Source: a virus
Taxonomy: Duplodnaviria > Caudoviricetes
DNA length: 64,000 nucleotides
IMG/VR virus record: IMGVR_UViG_3300042363_000275
Span: 1-64,000 of that record
Strand: one strand, 5' to 3'
In this document: positions 14,642-23,414 of the stretch, in pieces
Layout: every line of letters begins with the position of its first letter
How positions within the stretch are numbered: the first letter of the stretch is position 1
Made by a program: the position numbers and the translations under genes
The notes under the pieces: generated by a model
Databases searched by the model: none
Seen by the model: the letters and a program-made list of their open reading frames with translations, nothing else
Told to the model about the DNA's origin: nothing

Positions 14642-14869
14642 TCATTGCTCAAACCTCATGTTCCACTCTTTCATTCTCTGCCAATGCGGAGAAGTCGATT
14701 TCCTTCCCTTCGGAGTTTCGCAAACATACCCAGCATCACTACCGCACTTGGGGCATTTCACATGGCGTGTGGCGTCGGTATAACGCCATCCTGTGAGTTG
14801 ACCGCCAATCGTGTGGCGTGGCGTTGAATCGTATTGCGTCCAACCCATATGGGGATGGCGATTCATCAC
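14642..14869 (-). CDS. Small zinc-finger protein (CxxC..C..H)
   Basis: CPKCGS..VC..PHWQR. Confidence 0.6.
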   Translation of the reverse strand: MMNRHPHMGWTQYDSTPRHTIGGQLTGWRYTDATRHVKCPKCGSDAGYVCETPKGRKSTSPHWQRMKEWNMRFEQ

Positions 14870-15216
14870 TTTATTAACCCATAACGATGCTTGATGTCTC
14901 TAATGACCTCAGCCAAGATTTCTTCTTTCGCTTCGCATCGGATATAGTATTCTTCTTCTTGGTAGTGTTGCGGTTTAGCGTAGTATCCGCGCTCATACTC
15001 CAAATCTGATAACACCTCCTCAAAACAATCTGGAAAATCGCAATCAGGCTCTCCGATTCTGCGACACTCCGAGCACGGCTCACCCTCATCAAGTGCACGC
15101 CTGACCGTATCCGAAACGGTCAGCGACTCGCTGTTTTTTTCGCGCTTCGCTGCTTGTGTGCGGCGACGAGACTGCAACGCCGCAAATGCTGCTGCTCCCA
15201 TGTAGTGAACGCTCAC
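14866..15216 (-). CDS. Hypothetical protein
   Basis: ORF track; GTGA overlap. Confidence 0.6.
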   Translation of the reverse strand: MSVHYMGAAAFAALQSRRRTQAAKREKNSESLTVSDTVRRALDEGEPCSECRRIGEPDCDFPDCFEEVLSDLEYERGYYAKPQHYQEEEYYIRCEAKEEILAEVIRDIKHRYGLIK

Positions 15217-15560
15217 GGCTTCACCTCCGTCGCCTTCGACTTCTTCAAATTCTCATCGCGCTCTTTCTTGGCTCGGAGAGACTTGGAGATTCTGTGATTC
15301 TCAGGCAGCAAGTCAAGACGGTCAATCTCGACGAGTTCAAGACACTCCTCAGGATACCAAGAAGAATCATTCTTTCGTTCGATGATATGAAGAATATACT
15401 CTTTGTGGGCACCCACGGTCGCGCCGCCCTGGTCAGCATCTGAGCCAATAACAATCGCCAGACCACTAGAAAAATGACTCATCCACGGAGGGAGATTTGA
15501 AATCATCACCAAGTCACCTTGGAAAAACTTTTGAACCTTCACATTCTTGCTCTTCATCAC
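15213..15560 (-). CDS. Hypothetical protein, paralog of 217..546
   Basis: ORF track; shared motifs. Confidence 0.7.
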   Translation of the reverse strand: MMKSKNVKVQKFFQGDLVMISNLPPWMSHFSSGLAIVIGSDADQGGATVGAHKEYILHIIERKNDSSWYPEECLELVEIDRLDLLPENHRISKSLRAKKERDENLKKSKATEVKP

Positions 15561-15575
15561 TCTTCTCCTCTAAAA

Positions 15576-16445
15576 TTAGGCAGCGTTGCGGAAGCAGGTC
15601 TGCTTCGCGAGTTTCTGCCAGTTCTTTTTGTCCATCTTATACAGACCAGAGATCTTGACAACCATACGCAGCGACAACTCACGCAGCCGCTCCATGTTGT
15701 TCTCGATAAACTCAAGAATCATCGTCTGCTCAGCAGCGTTGAAGCCACGGTCACGCAGCATGCCACCACGGACAACCTGTCGAATGCGAACGATATAATC
15801 CATCTTCGTCTTCATCGCAAGATCAAGATAGTGCGACCGAGAAACGAGAGCCTGGAAGTGCGGAGCCAACTTGTTGCCCGACTCAATCATCGCATCGAAA
15901 TCGTAGTTGGTGATGAAGATGATGCTACCCTGGAATTCAAACTTCTCGGGGATGCTCTCGCCTTCCTCATCTTCTTCCTTCTCGATGGACTTTGACAGCC
16001 AGTGAAGAACGCGACGCTCGGTCGAGTCACATGCACCCTTCAGAAGATTCATGCTCACATCATCGTAGAAAACCGAGTCCGAGTCGTCGAACACCAGAAC
16101 AGAATTCGGATGGCGCGTTTCGTACAGCAACTTGTACAACGCAAGAGGACGCACATAACCCTTGATATAGGTCACGCTATGACCCTTCTGCTCAAGTTCA
16201 GTCAACTTGGCTTCGACCGTGAAGGACTTGCCGAGACCAGCAGGACCAGAAACGATGAGCGAGCGATTGATGCCCTTGCCTGTCGCCTCTGACATAATTG
16301 CGAGAGCCTCGAAACGGTCGGCGAGTTTGGATTCAATCTCGGCGACGGTCTCAACGCGAACAGGCTTTACAACCTGAGTCGCGAAATTGACAGCCTGACG
16401 CTTGCGCGTCATACGGAAACCAGACTTGGGAACGCCACGAGGCAT
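15576..16445 (-). CDS. P-loop AAA-type ATPase
   Basis: Walker A GPAGLGKS; Walker B VLVFDD. Confidence 0.85.
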   Translation of the reverse strand: MPRGVPKSGFRMTRKRQAVNFATQVVKPVRVETVAEIESKLADRFEALAIMSEATGKGINRSLIVSGPAGLGKSFTVEAKLTELEQKGHSVTYIKGYVRPLALYKLLYETRHPNSVLVFDDSDSVFYDDVSMNLLKGACDSTERRVLHWLSKSIEKEEDEEGESIPEKFEFQGSIIFITNYDFDAMIESGNKLAPHFQALVSRSHYLDLAMKTKMDYIVRIRQVVRGGMLRDRGFNAAEQTMILEFIENNMERLRELSLRMVVKISGLYKMDKKNWQKLAKQTCFRNAA

Positions 16446-16477
16446 CAGATATTCACCTTGTTATTCATCATAAGACT

Positions 16478-16537
16478 ATTATCGGTTATTCTTGCTAAAA
16501 AGTAAATAAGAATAATTCTAATAAAATCAATAACTTA
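16478..16537 (-). promoter_or_regulatory. Early promoter (TTTACT-17-GATAAT) with IHF-consensus box
   Basis: Hexamers at 16501-16506 and 16478-16483; AATCAATAACTTA at 16525-16537. Confidence 0.65.
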
Positions 16538-16580
16538 CGCAAGTCCTTCCAGACCTCCTGCAATCCTATTGCAGCGGTCT

Positions 16581-16607
16581 AAAAAAAGGGGGACCCGAAG
16601 GTCCCCC
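16581..16607 (-). terminator. Rho-independent terminator with CUUCGG tetraloop
   Basis: GGGGGACC-TTCG-GGTCCCCC followed by T7. Confidence 0.9.
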
Positions 16608-16613
16608 AGGCAA

Positions 16614-16823
16614 TTACTCCGTGATAATATCGGTCGTTTCGCCGCTACCGTCGTCGGTAATCTCTTCGACCCAGCGTGTTAGTTCGCTCTCGCGGTATAA
16701 CTTGAGTGCCTTTTCGCGGCTCTTGGTCGTGAGAATTTGCTTATTCCCTCTGACTCGCGCTCCTGTAATTGGGTGGTTGACTATGGCGTTTTCGTATACT
16801 TCGTAATAGATTTTCATACTCAA
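16614..16823 (-). CDS. Hypothetical protein
   Basis: ORF track; lies between a promoter and a terminator. Confidence 0.7.
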   Translation of the reverse strand: MSMKIYYEVYENAIVNHPITGARVRGNKQILTTKSREKALKLYRESELTRWVEEITDDGSGETTDIITE

Positions 16824-16825
16824 CC

Positions 16826-16885
16826 ATTATAGTACAAAACCTATAATTTGTAAACACAAAAAACTCTAATAAAATCAATGACTTG
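16826..16885 (-). promoter_or_regulatory. Early promoter (GTTTACA-17-TATAAT) with IHF-consensus box
   Basis: Hexamers at 16849-16854 and 16826-16831; AATCAATGACTTG at 16873-16885. Confidence 0.75.
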
Positions 16886-16891
16886 TGCAAA

Positions 16892-17941
16892 CTATTGATT
16901 TTTATAGATATATTCTACAAATTGGCTCGCCGACTTTTTCCAGTTCTTATCTTTTACGCTCAGATGAGTTGAGCCGCGATCAACTTCGAGGGCGAAACAA
17001 ACAGCAGTAGACAAATCTACATCAACGAACCCATTCACACCATTTTGAATTTGATCAATTGGTCCTGTTACTGGGTAAGCAGCTACTGGTGTTCCGCATG
17101 CCATCGCTTCAAGAATCACGATTCCATAAGTGTCTACTCTACTTGGAAATACAAACACATCTGCGAGTTGATAACATCTTGCCAACTCTTCACCGAATTT
17201 ATATCCAAGAAATCGAATGTGTGGATATTTCTTTTGCAATTTCTTTCTATATGGTCCATCACCGACGATAACTTTAATAACTTCTACCGATGGCGCAACG
17301 CAACTAGAAACATCTAATTCACAAAATGCATCTAGATTCTTTTCTTTACTCACACGCCCAGCGTATAATAGAACAACTCTGTTGTCCTTGTATTTGTCAT
17401 TGAATCGAAAATGGAAGTCATATCCCTTATCAAGAACAACTGAGTTCCAATTTGAATTTTCTTTCGCGTTAGATTCAGAGGAACACATCACATACTTTGC
17501 GTTCTTATGAAACCAGTTGAAGTACCATTTAGTCCACGAAACTGGAACACCGAACATCTCATTAAAGAACTCTGGGAACTTCGTATGGTAAGAAGTCGTA
17601 TACTGTATTCCAAGTTTCTCAAGAACTCGTTTGGCTTGTAGACCAAGAATGCCTTCCGTGGCAATGTGGTACTTTGTGTCATATCCTAGCATATGCCAAT
17701 GCTCATCTCGCGTTTCAATTATTTTAAACATCTTCTTGTAACTGCAAAATGGAAGCGGCACTTCTTTATAGAATGGCACTTTGATATTGCTGAATAATCC
17801 TGGATGAATAACATCAACTGTTATTTCAGGAGGCAAATTTGCAATAATGTTCTTATAGGTGGTTACAACACCATTTACTTGCGGTTCCCAAGCATCTGTA
17901 ATGAGAACTATTTTCGTCCGAGCCATTCTATAATCTCCCAT
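16892..17941 (-). CDS. GT4 (GT-B) glycosyltransferase, Agt-like DAG glycolipid synthase candidate
   Basis: ITDAWEPQVNGVV N-terminus; GRVSKEKN; FPSRVDTYGIVILEAMACGTPVAAYPV. Confidence 0.85.
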   Translation of the reverse strand: MGDYRMARTKIVLITDAWEPQVNGVVTTYKNIIANLPPEITVDVIHPGLFSNIKVPFYKEVPLPFCSYKKMFKIIETRDEHWHMLGYDTKYHIATEGILGLQAKRVLEKLGIQYTTSYHTKFPEFFNEMFGVPVSWTKWYFNWFHKNAKYVMCSSESNAKENSNWNSVVLDKGYDFHFRFNDKYKDNRVVLLYAGRVSKEKNLDAFCELDVSSCVAPSVEVIKVIVGDGPYRKKLQKKYPHIRFLGYKFGEELARCYQLADVFVFPSRVDTYGIVILEAMACGTPVAAYPVTGPIDQIQNGVNGFVDVDLSTAVCFALEVDRGSTHLSVKDKNWKKSASQFVEYIYKNQ

Positions 17942-18651
17942 GTTCCGTCATAATGTTCAACTAATGCTGTGCAGGATTCTACCCAGTCTCCATCGTTCAT
18001 GTATTCAATGCCGTTGATTGTTTTAATCTCTGCTCTATGAACATGACCGCAGATTACGCCATCGGCTTTTTGCTTTTTGCAATAATCTGTAATTAGATCT
18101 TCGAAGTTGTTTACATACGAAACCGCTTCTTTCGTTTTGTTCTTAAGATACTGGCTTAAACTCCAATGTGGCATGTTAAACCAGTTACGAACTTTACTTA
18201 CAAGGACATTTAATTTTAACAAAACATTATACAGCATGTCGCCAAGATGGTATAGCCACTGAAGTTTGGTTCTTAATACACCATCGAATAGATCGCCATG
18301 AATCACCATATAGGTTTTGCCATTGACACCCTCATGGCGGCATTGATTCACAAGATCGATGTTGCCAAAATGAATGTCGAATGGCAATAGATCGCGAAAT
18401 GCATCGTCGTGATTGCCAACAACATAGGTGACTTTGGTATTGTTCTTTGCGGCTTTGAGAATTTTACGAATCACATCAGTGTGTGATTGCAGCCAATAGA
18501 ATTTTCTTTTTAACCGCCAGCCGTCGATAATATCGCCGACGAGATATAGATTTTCGCTTGAGTTATTTTTCAAAAAATCGCATAGCAAATCGGCTTTACA
18601 TCCCCGAGATCCTAGATGGACATCGGAAATAAAGATTGATTTGAATTGCAT
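17908..18651 (-). CDS. plcP: PlcP-like metallophosphoesterase (family often annotated LpxH-like)
   Basis: FISDVHLG..LVGDIIDGW..GNHD..IHGDLFD..CGHVH..NDGDWVESCTALVE. Confidence 0.75.
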   Translation of the reverse strand: MQFKSIFISDVHLGSRGCKADLLCDFLKNNSSENLYLVGDIIDGWRLKRKFYWLQSHTDVIRKILKAAKNNTKVTYVVGNHDDAFRDLLPFDIHFGNIDLVNQCRHEGVNGKTYMVIHGDLFDGVLRTKLQWLYHLGDMLYNVLLKLNVLVSKVRNWFNMPHWSLSQYLKNKTKEAVSYVNNFEDLITDYCKKQKADGVICGHVHRAEIKTINGIEYMNDGDWVESCTALVEHYDGTWEIIEWLGRK

Positions 18652-18676
18652 TGGAGACTCCCAGAACTGGAGTCAG

Positions 18677-18710
18677 TATATAGCGCAAAAATATTACGAT
18701 TAGATTAAAA
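18677..18710 (-). promoter_or_regulatory. Putative Pho-box promoter
   Basis: TTTTAATCTAATCGTAAT, 10 nt, TATATA; same geometry as E. coli pstS but degenerate. Confidence 0.35.
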
Positions 18711-18829
18711 TTCGGTTCATCTTCCCCCCACTGCGCAATGGGTGCTAGATTGTACTTTTCTAGCGGGATCCTATAAAACTCAGCGCCGTGCGCATGACCT
18801 CTACACCGAAAGGTTGAGGCGAGTGTTGT

Positions 18830-18836
18830 TATTTAG
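18830..18836 (-). promoter_or_regulatory. T4-like late promoter motif (CTAAATA)
   Basis: Variant of TATAAATA; similar motifs at 36672-36678, 38682-38688 and twice near 57286-57301. Confidence 0.45.
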
Positions 18837-18840
18837 TAAA

Positions 18841-19095
18841 TTATCCCATTGAAACTGACTTGACATTGTTAACTTTAAACGAGCGCCATCCATTTGCGTC
18901 TAGATCCCACACAGACACATTATCATTACTAGATTGACGAGCAACGACTGTTCCATTAGTCTTTGGTGCATTAGGAATATGCTCGCTCAACAATGTACAC
19001 TTCATGATGCGCTCTTCACCGTTGACCTTTGTGAAGGTCACAGTAACAATATTATTTCTCAACAACTCATTTAAATTTTCTTTGTCGAAAATCAT
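18841..19095 (-). CDS. SH3/WYL_2-like small phage protein
   Basis: VTFTKVNGEERIMKCTL..VWDLDANGWRSF. Confidence 0.75.
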   Translation of the reverse strand: MIFDKENLNELLRNNIVTVTFTKVNGEERIMKCTLLSEHIPNAPKTNGTVVARQSSNDNVSVWDLDANGWRSFKVNNVKSVSMG

Positions 19096-19454
19096 ACTTG
19101 CTTCACCAATTGTTTAATTGTATTGTTAGGAAATTGCCAATTTACAAGGATTGCTTTAAACATACTTTTAATTGTCTTTTTAGGTACTGACTTATCCTTG
19201 ACCATCATACCATTATACCCTGCTTTCGCTTGATTGTCAATAAAAAACTTCACATCACCAATATATGCACACAAAATTTCAGCAGAGTTATGATCGTTTT
19301 CTTTATAAGTTAGGACATGATACTTGTAGCCCAATTCATCTGGCTCGGTGTATCTGTCTTTGTATGAGTATACCGTGGAGTCAACATTAGCAAAATTATT
19401 TTCTTGTGTGACATGCCATAATGCACCGTCACAAGAGTCGAATTCTACTGCCAT
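19092..19454 (-). CDS. Hypothetical protein
   Basis: ORF track. Confidence 0.65.
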   Translation of the reverse strand: MAVEFDSCDGALWHVTQENNFANVDSTVYSYKDRYTEPDELGYKYHVLTYKENDHNSAEILCAYIGDVKFFIDNQAKAGYNGMMVKDKSVPKKTIKSMFKAILVNWQFPNNTIKQLVKQV

Positions 19455-19464
19455 TTTAGTTGCC

Positions 19465-20025
19465 TCATATCTTTAGTTGTTGCGTTTGCTTATCAAGCAT
19501 ATATTTCGCAATATACCAAGCGTCAACAATGTCCGTAGTTGGGGATCCAAGTTTCGTCGTAGGAGATATTATACTATGTAAATCTACAAGAGTATCCTTT
19601 ACAAATACATCATACATCTTTTCTTTTGTAGCGTTGCCCTTTCCAGTTGCATATTTCTTGATAACAGTTGGTGGCACTGTAAAGAAACGGTATCCTTGTT
19701 TGTATAGCATGTATTTAAGGATGCCGCAATTTTCAGCAAGATTAAACACCCTACCTTTAGAGCCGAAAGAATAATCTTCAATGAGGATTACAACTTCTTC
19801 TCTATCAAAACCTGATAAAATGCCCAGAACCCAAGAAGCAATATTTTCGTATCGCTCTTGGTCTGTTAGATATTCTGGATGCTGGTCGCCAAGAATATTG
19901 TGAAATTTTCCTTGGACTGTTTTTCTATCGTTTAGAAAATAGAAAAAACTATTTGTAAATGTCTTATCGCGACTAATGCAAACGCAGGGAGAAGTTAGAC
20001 TGTAATCAATTCCAACGACGATCAT
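19465..20025 (-). CDS. RuvC-like (RNase H fold) nuclease or resolvase
   Basis: VVGIDYS..ILIEDY..PPTVIKKYATGKGNATKE..DIVDAW. Confidence 0.8.
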   Translation of the reverse strand: MIVVGIDYSLTSPCVCISRDKTFTNSFFYFLNDRKTVQGKFHNILGDQHPEYLTDQERYENIASWVLGILSGFDREEVVILIEDYSFGSKGRVFNLAENCGILKYMLYKQGYRFFTVPPTVIKKYATGKGNATKEKMYDVFVKDTLVDLHSIISPTTKLGSPTTDIVDAWYIAKYMLDKQTQQLKI

Positions 20026-20269
20026 CTTCTTCGTCGTCTAAACGATTAATGATGTCATCTTGCTCGTCTAGATAATCCTCATCATTGTCATCATTAAAGT
20101 CTAATTCTTCGCTCTCGTTATCATAGAAATCGCCACAGAATGGGCAATGACTTGGTGAATAACTCACTTCATCATCGTCATATGATAAAGCAAATGAAGA
20201 TCCACAATTATCGCATGTTAGTTTTAGATCAGGCATTGTTTTTAACCTCGTAATCGTATCTATCGTCAT
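20006..20269 (-). CDS. Zinc-ribbon protein with acidic tail
   Basis: CDNCGS..CPFCG; true start may be MPDLK (20236). Confidence 0.7.
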   Translation of the reverse strand: MTIDTITRLKTMPDLKLTCDNCGSSFALSYDDDEVSYSPSHCPFCGDFYDNESEELDFNDDNDEDYLDEQDDIINRLDDEEDDRRWN

Positions 20270-20876
20270 CAGAGAGAACCCACTTGGCTGTATTCTCTAC
20301 AGACCACATTTGCGTTCCAAGTTTTCGTTCAATAAGATTTTGTCCAGGCTTCGTAACAAAGGACGGCTCAAATGCGCGGCAGCGATTGTTTGGCTGAATT
20401 GCAAAATTACCATCATCAAGTTTAATCACATGACCACATTTATGTTGCCCTGGGACTTCGCTAAACCCAAGATCTGCAATGTTCTTGTCTTCATGCGCCC
20501 AGTCTAGCGTAAACATATAAGTCCCTTCATTCCATTTCTTGTTTCTATCAATATACTTCATACGCTTATTGATCAAGAAATCGAACTGCGTAACTCCAAT
20601 GTATGAACTGAAAGAATCCCACAGAACTAGATTATATAGCGACGCTTGCGGCGCAGGAGTCTTATGACAGAAAGCGTGTATCGGCATGCGAAACCAAAGC
20701 CCTTCGTCTTCCATGATGAAATGAAAAAGTGGGGCACGATGCGGTATCGACGCCACACCGAATATAAGGACTGGAAGATATGAGTCTTTCGCTTCATCGA
20801 ACTCTGGTCTGTTCTGAAGAAAGTTAGTCCGCACATAACATTCTATGGGCGGTATGTTAGCGTTTATGTATGCCAT
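20229..20876 (-). CDS. Conserved hypothetical protein (probable start MAYINANIPP)
   Basis: ORF 20229..20963 trimmed to avoid overlap with 20881..21684. Confidence 0.75.
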   Translation of the reverse strand: MAYINANIPPIECYVRTNFLQNRPEFDEAKDSYLPVLIFGVASIPHRAPLFHFIMEDEGLWFRMPIHAFCHKTPAPQASLYNLVLWDSFSSYIGVTQFDFLINKRMKYIDRNKKWNEGTYMFTLDWAHEDKNIADLGFSEVPGQHKCGHVIKLDDGNFAIQPNNRCRAFEPSFVTKPGQNLIERKLGTQMWSVENTAKWVLSDDDRYDYEVKNNA

Positions 20877-20880
20877 AGGT

Positions 20881-21684
20881 TTATATAGCTCCGATGTTTT
20901 GTAACAACAAATTTGTATGTTGTTTAAACCTATTGTTGTTGGAGTACAATTTCCAGTTGTCATTAATCAACAATTCACCGATTAGATCTATCATTTCTTT
21001 TGGTGTGGAAAATTCGCGTATTAAATTATTAAAATAGTTTTTATTGGATCGTTCGCTAATAACACATTTGCTATTAGTTAATGCATAAAAAATTCTAGTT
21101 TGTTGTTGCCTAGATTCAGCGTCACTTGGGTTTAAATTTAATATAATCTTGCTTCTAGCAATATATTTATCTAAATTATCACCCCAAGCGTTATGGGCAT
21201 AAACAAATGACGACTTCAAAACTGTATCGAAATGAGACATATATGAATTATAAAATGCGTCGTAAATAAAATTCATTCTTCTTGGAAACATAGTGCCATA
21301 AAATAAAACATCTATATCTGGATTAGTTGAATTTTTAATTTTTTCTAATGATTTAGAATATAAACACGGTTTATGTTTAGCATTAATACCATATTGCTTC
21401 AATATTTTAATATTATCTAGATCATAATCCCAAACTTCATCTGCTATTTTTAAATTGTCAACAATGGTTTCAATAAAATGCATATTTGACTCTATCAGTG
21501 GCTCTAATTGGTAGATTATTATTCTTTTATTTCCCACTAGTGGTTTAAATTCATCAATAGAATGTTTAAAATGTGAACCAACAATAATTGATGCATCATC
21601 AATATTTTTCGCGTAATTGTCATCTAGCATCTTGGCTATATCAGCCCAATGATCTCCATAAAAATTAGTCCATAGATATTTCAT
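20881..21684 (-). CDS. CgeB/Glyco_trans_1_2-like glycosyltransferase-related protein
   Basis: DVLFYG..RR..SKIILNL..RIFYAL..CVISE; AT-rich. Confidence 0.55.
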   Translation of the reverse strand: MKYLWTNFYGDHWADIAKMLDDNYAKNIDDASIIVGSHFKHSIDEFKPLVGNKRIIIYQLEPLIESNMHFIETIVDNLKIADEVWDYDLDNIKILKQYGINAKHKPCLYSKSLEKIKNSTNPDIDVLFYGTMFPRRMNFIYDAFYNSYMSHFDTVLKSSFVYAHNAWGDNLDKYIARSKIILNLNPSDAESRQQQTRIFYALTNSKCVISERSNKNYFNNLIREFSTPKEMIDLIGELLINDNWKLYSNNNRFKQHTNLLLQNIGAI

Positions 21685-21695
21685 TTATACATCTC

Positions 21696-23414
21696 TTAAT
21701 CAAAGAAGAAAAGATGGAACAATCTGGAATTTATTATCGATTGACCAAAATATTCATTAGCAGCATGTATACACTTTGCATCAAAAAGAACCAATCGATT
21801 AAATACATTTCCAGCCGTATCTACAAGTTCAAATTTAGATCTATCGTAGTATCCGCCATTAAATGCATATTCTGCTCCTACATCAGTTTCACATCTGGCA
21901 CCAGTCGCTTTGTGCGCGAATAATGATGTTCCGCTTTGGTATGGTGCGCCAGGAGTTAAGTAAATCATTCCAGCCCAAGTTTGGTTGTCCCAGTGATACA
22001 CTAACGCATCTTCTGGTGTGCAATACTGGAACACACCATTCATTCCATGCTCATCCCACACAGTAATCTTTTTACCAATAATCTCTTCAAACCTCTGACG
22101 CATCTGTGGCGTTTTGTACGACTGAGTTCTTTTACCCTTGTAGTATCGCAGATCCTCAGTGTATTCTAATTGCAAGGCAAAGTTTCTAACCAGTTCTGGG
22201 TCATCATAAAAGTCATCAACAATAAACATTCGCTTCGTGTTTTCTTTCTTTACAGCAAATACAGTTCCAAGATGAAGCGTTGTATACTGCGCAGTCAACT
22301 CACTTGCAATTTTATGCAAGTATTGCGGGTGTGTACCAGTGTCATGATAAAGGTTTTGATTAATGAGAAAGAAAAACTCTGGGAAAGGATTCTTCCGTTC
22401 TGGTTGCATCAGTTTTTCTGTGCATTGAACCATCCTTCGATAATCCATCAACTCCCAATATGTTTCGGCGAGATTAACAAGGTGGTCGTTTCTTGGTGGG
22501 GCAAACTGTTCTGATTCTTTGTAGAATTCAATTGCCTTGTAATGCTCGTCTAGAAACCTATATGCATTACCAATACTGTTCATAGCAAAGTAAGCCATTT
22601 CGTCAATATTTTTTGCTTTCTTCGTATTGCTATAATCGTGCGTATAGTCTAAGATTTGTTGAAAATAAAATATGCAGCGGCGAGCATATTCCTTCTGGTG
22701 AATGTCTTTTAGTGGGAAAAAGTTACCACGATAGCAATCTTCATACGACTTACCAATATACCAAAAATGATACAGGTCAGTCAACATTGTTCCTTCGCGA
22801 ATTAATCGCTCTTCTAACTTTAACGCATCGCTAACATATTTCGTTGGAACGGTATAACTTTCTCCCTGCATCACACCGCCAATTAATCTAAACTTATATC
22901 CTAGATTTTTGCGTTCAAAGTTTTCACCAACACCTTCTATGTCTAGATAGATGGTCTCATGTGCTGGATCGTGATTGAAACGCCACGGTAACTTGGCGTT
23001 CCAGATCCATGCTCTGAAATAGATTAGAGGGTCAGCAATAGATGTTACATGAAATGCTTGAGTAGAATGATTGTCAAACGGCGACCAATCAAAGTCACTA
23101 TCGACGATTAATGTCTCGTCGCAATCCATCTTCATAATCCAGTCACAGCCATGTTCTGTTTGGCGGCACTTCTGTAAGAGATGGTCACGATTCCAACCGA
23201 AGTTTACCCAGCCTTCTTCAACTTGGTAAACAAATCCTGGGATATTGTACTTTTCCTGCCATGCCTTTACAACTTCTGGTGTTCCATCCGTAGAACCATT
23301 ATCCTGTAGAATCCAGTAATCGATATACGGAGCAACAGATTCTAGCATCTTCCCGATGTTCTGCGCTTCATTCTTGAACATCGAGATCATTACAATTTTA
23401 GTTTTCTTGTTCAT
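21696..23414 (-). CDS. GT2 glycosyltransferase + TPR-like region + DUF6445-like 2OG-Fe(II) oxygenase fusion
   Basis: KNEAQNI..DNGSTDGT..MDCDE; C-terminal IVDDFY..HWD..FNRLVLFD..HAA..RLFHLFFFD. Confidence 0.75.
   Translation of the reverse strand: MNKKTKIVMISMFKNEAQNIGKMLESVAPYIDYWILQDNGSTDGTPEVVKAWQEKYNIPGFVYQVEEGWVNFGWNRDHLLQKCRQTEHGCDWIMKMDCDETLIVDSDFDWSPFDNHSTQAFHVTSIADPLIYFRAWIWNAKLPWRFNHDPAHETIYLDIEGVGENFERKNLGYKFRLIGGVMQGESYTVPTKYVSDALKLEERLIREGTMLTDLYHFWYIGKSYEDCYRGNFFPLKDIHQKEYARRCIFYFQQILDYTHDYSNTKKAKNIDEMAYFAMNSIGNAYRFLDEHYKAIEFYKESEQFAPPRNDHLVNLAETYWELMDYRRMVQCTEKLMQPERKNPFPEFFFLINQNLYHDTGTHPQYLHKIASELTAQYTTLHLGTVFAVKKENTKRMFIVDDFYDDPELVRNFALQLEYTEDLRYYKGKRTQSYKTPQMRQRFEEIIGKKITVWDEHGMNGVFQYCTPEDALVYHWDNQTWAGMIYLTPGAPYQSGTSLFAHKATGARCETDVGAEYAFNGGYYDRSKFELVDTAGNVFNRLVLFDAKCIHAANEYFGQSIINSRLFHLFFFD

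Noticed and set aside
17908-18651. LpxH (lipid A biosynthesis) as the function
   Set aside because: Pairing with an Agt-like GT4 and the GCKADLL/WRLKRKFYW-type motifs fit PlcP better; still needs a phylogeny
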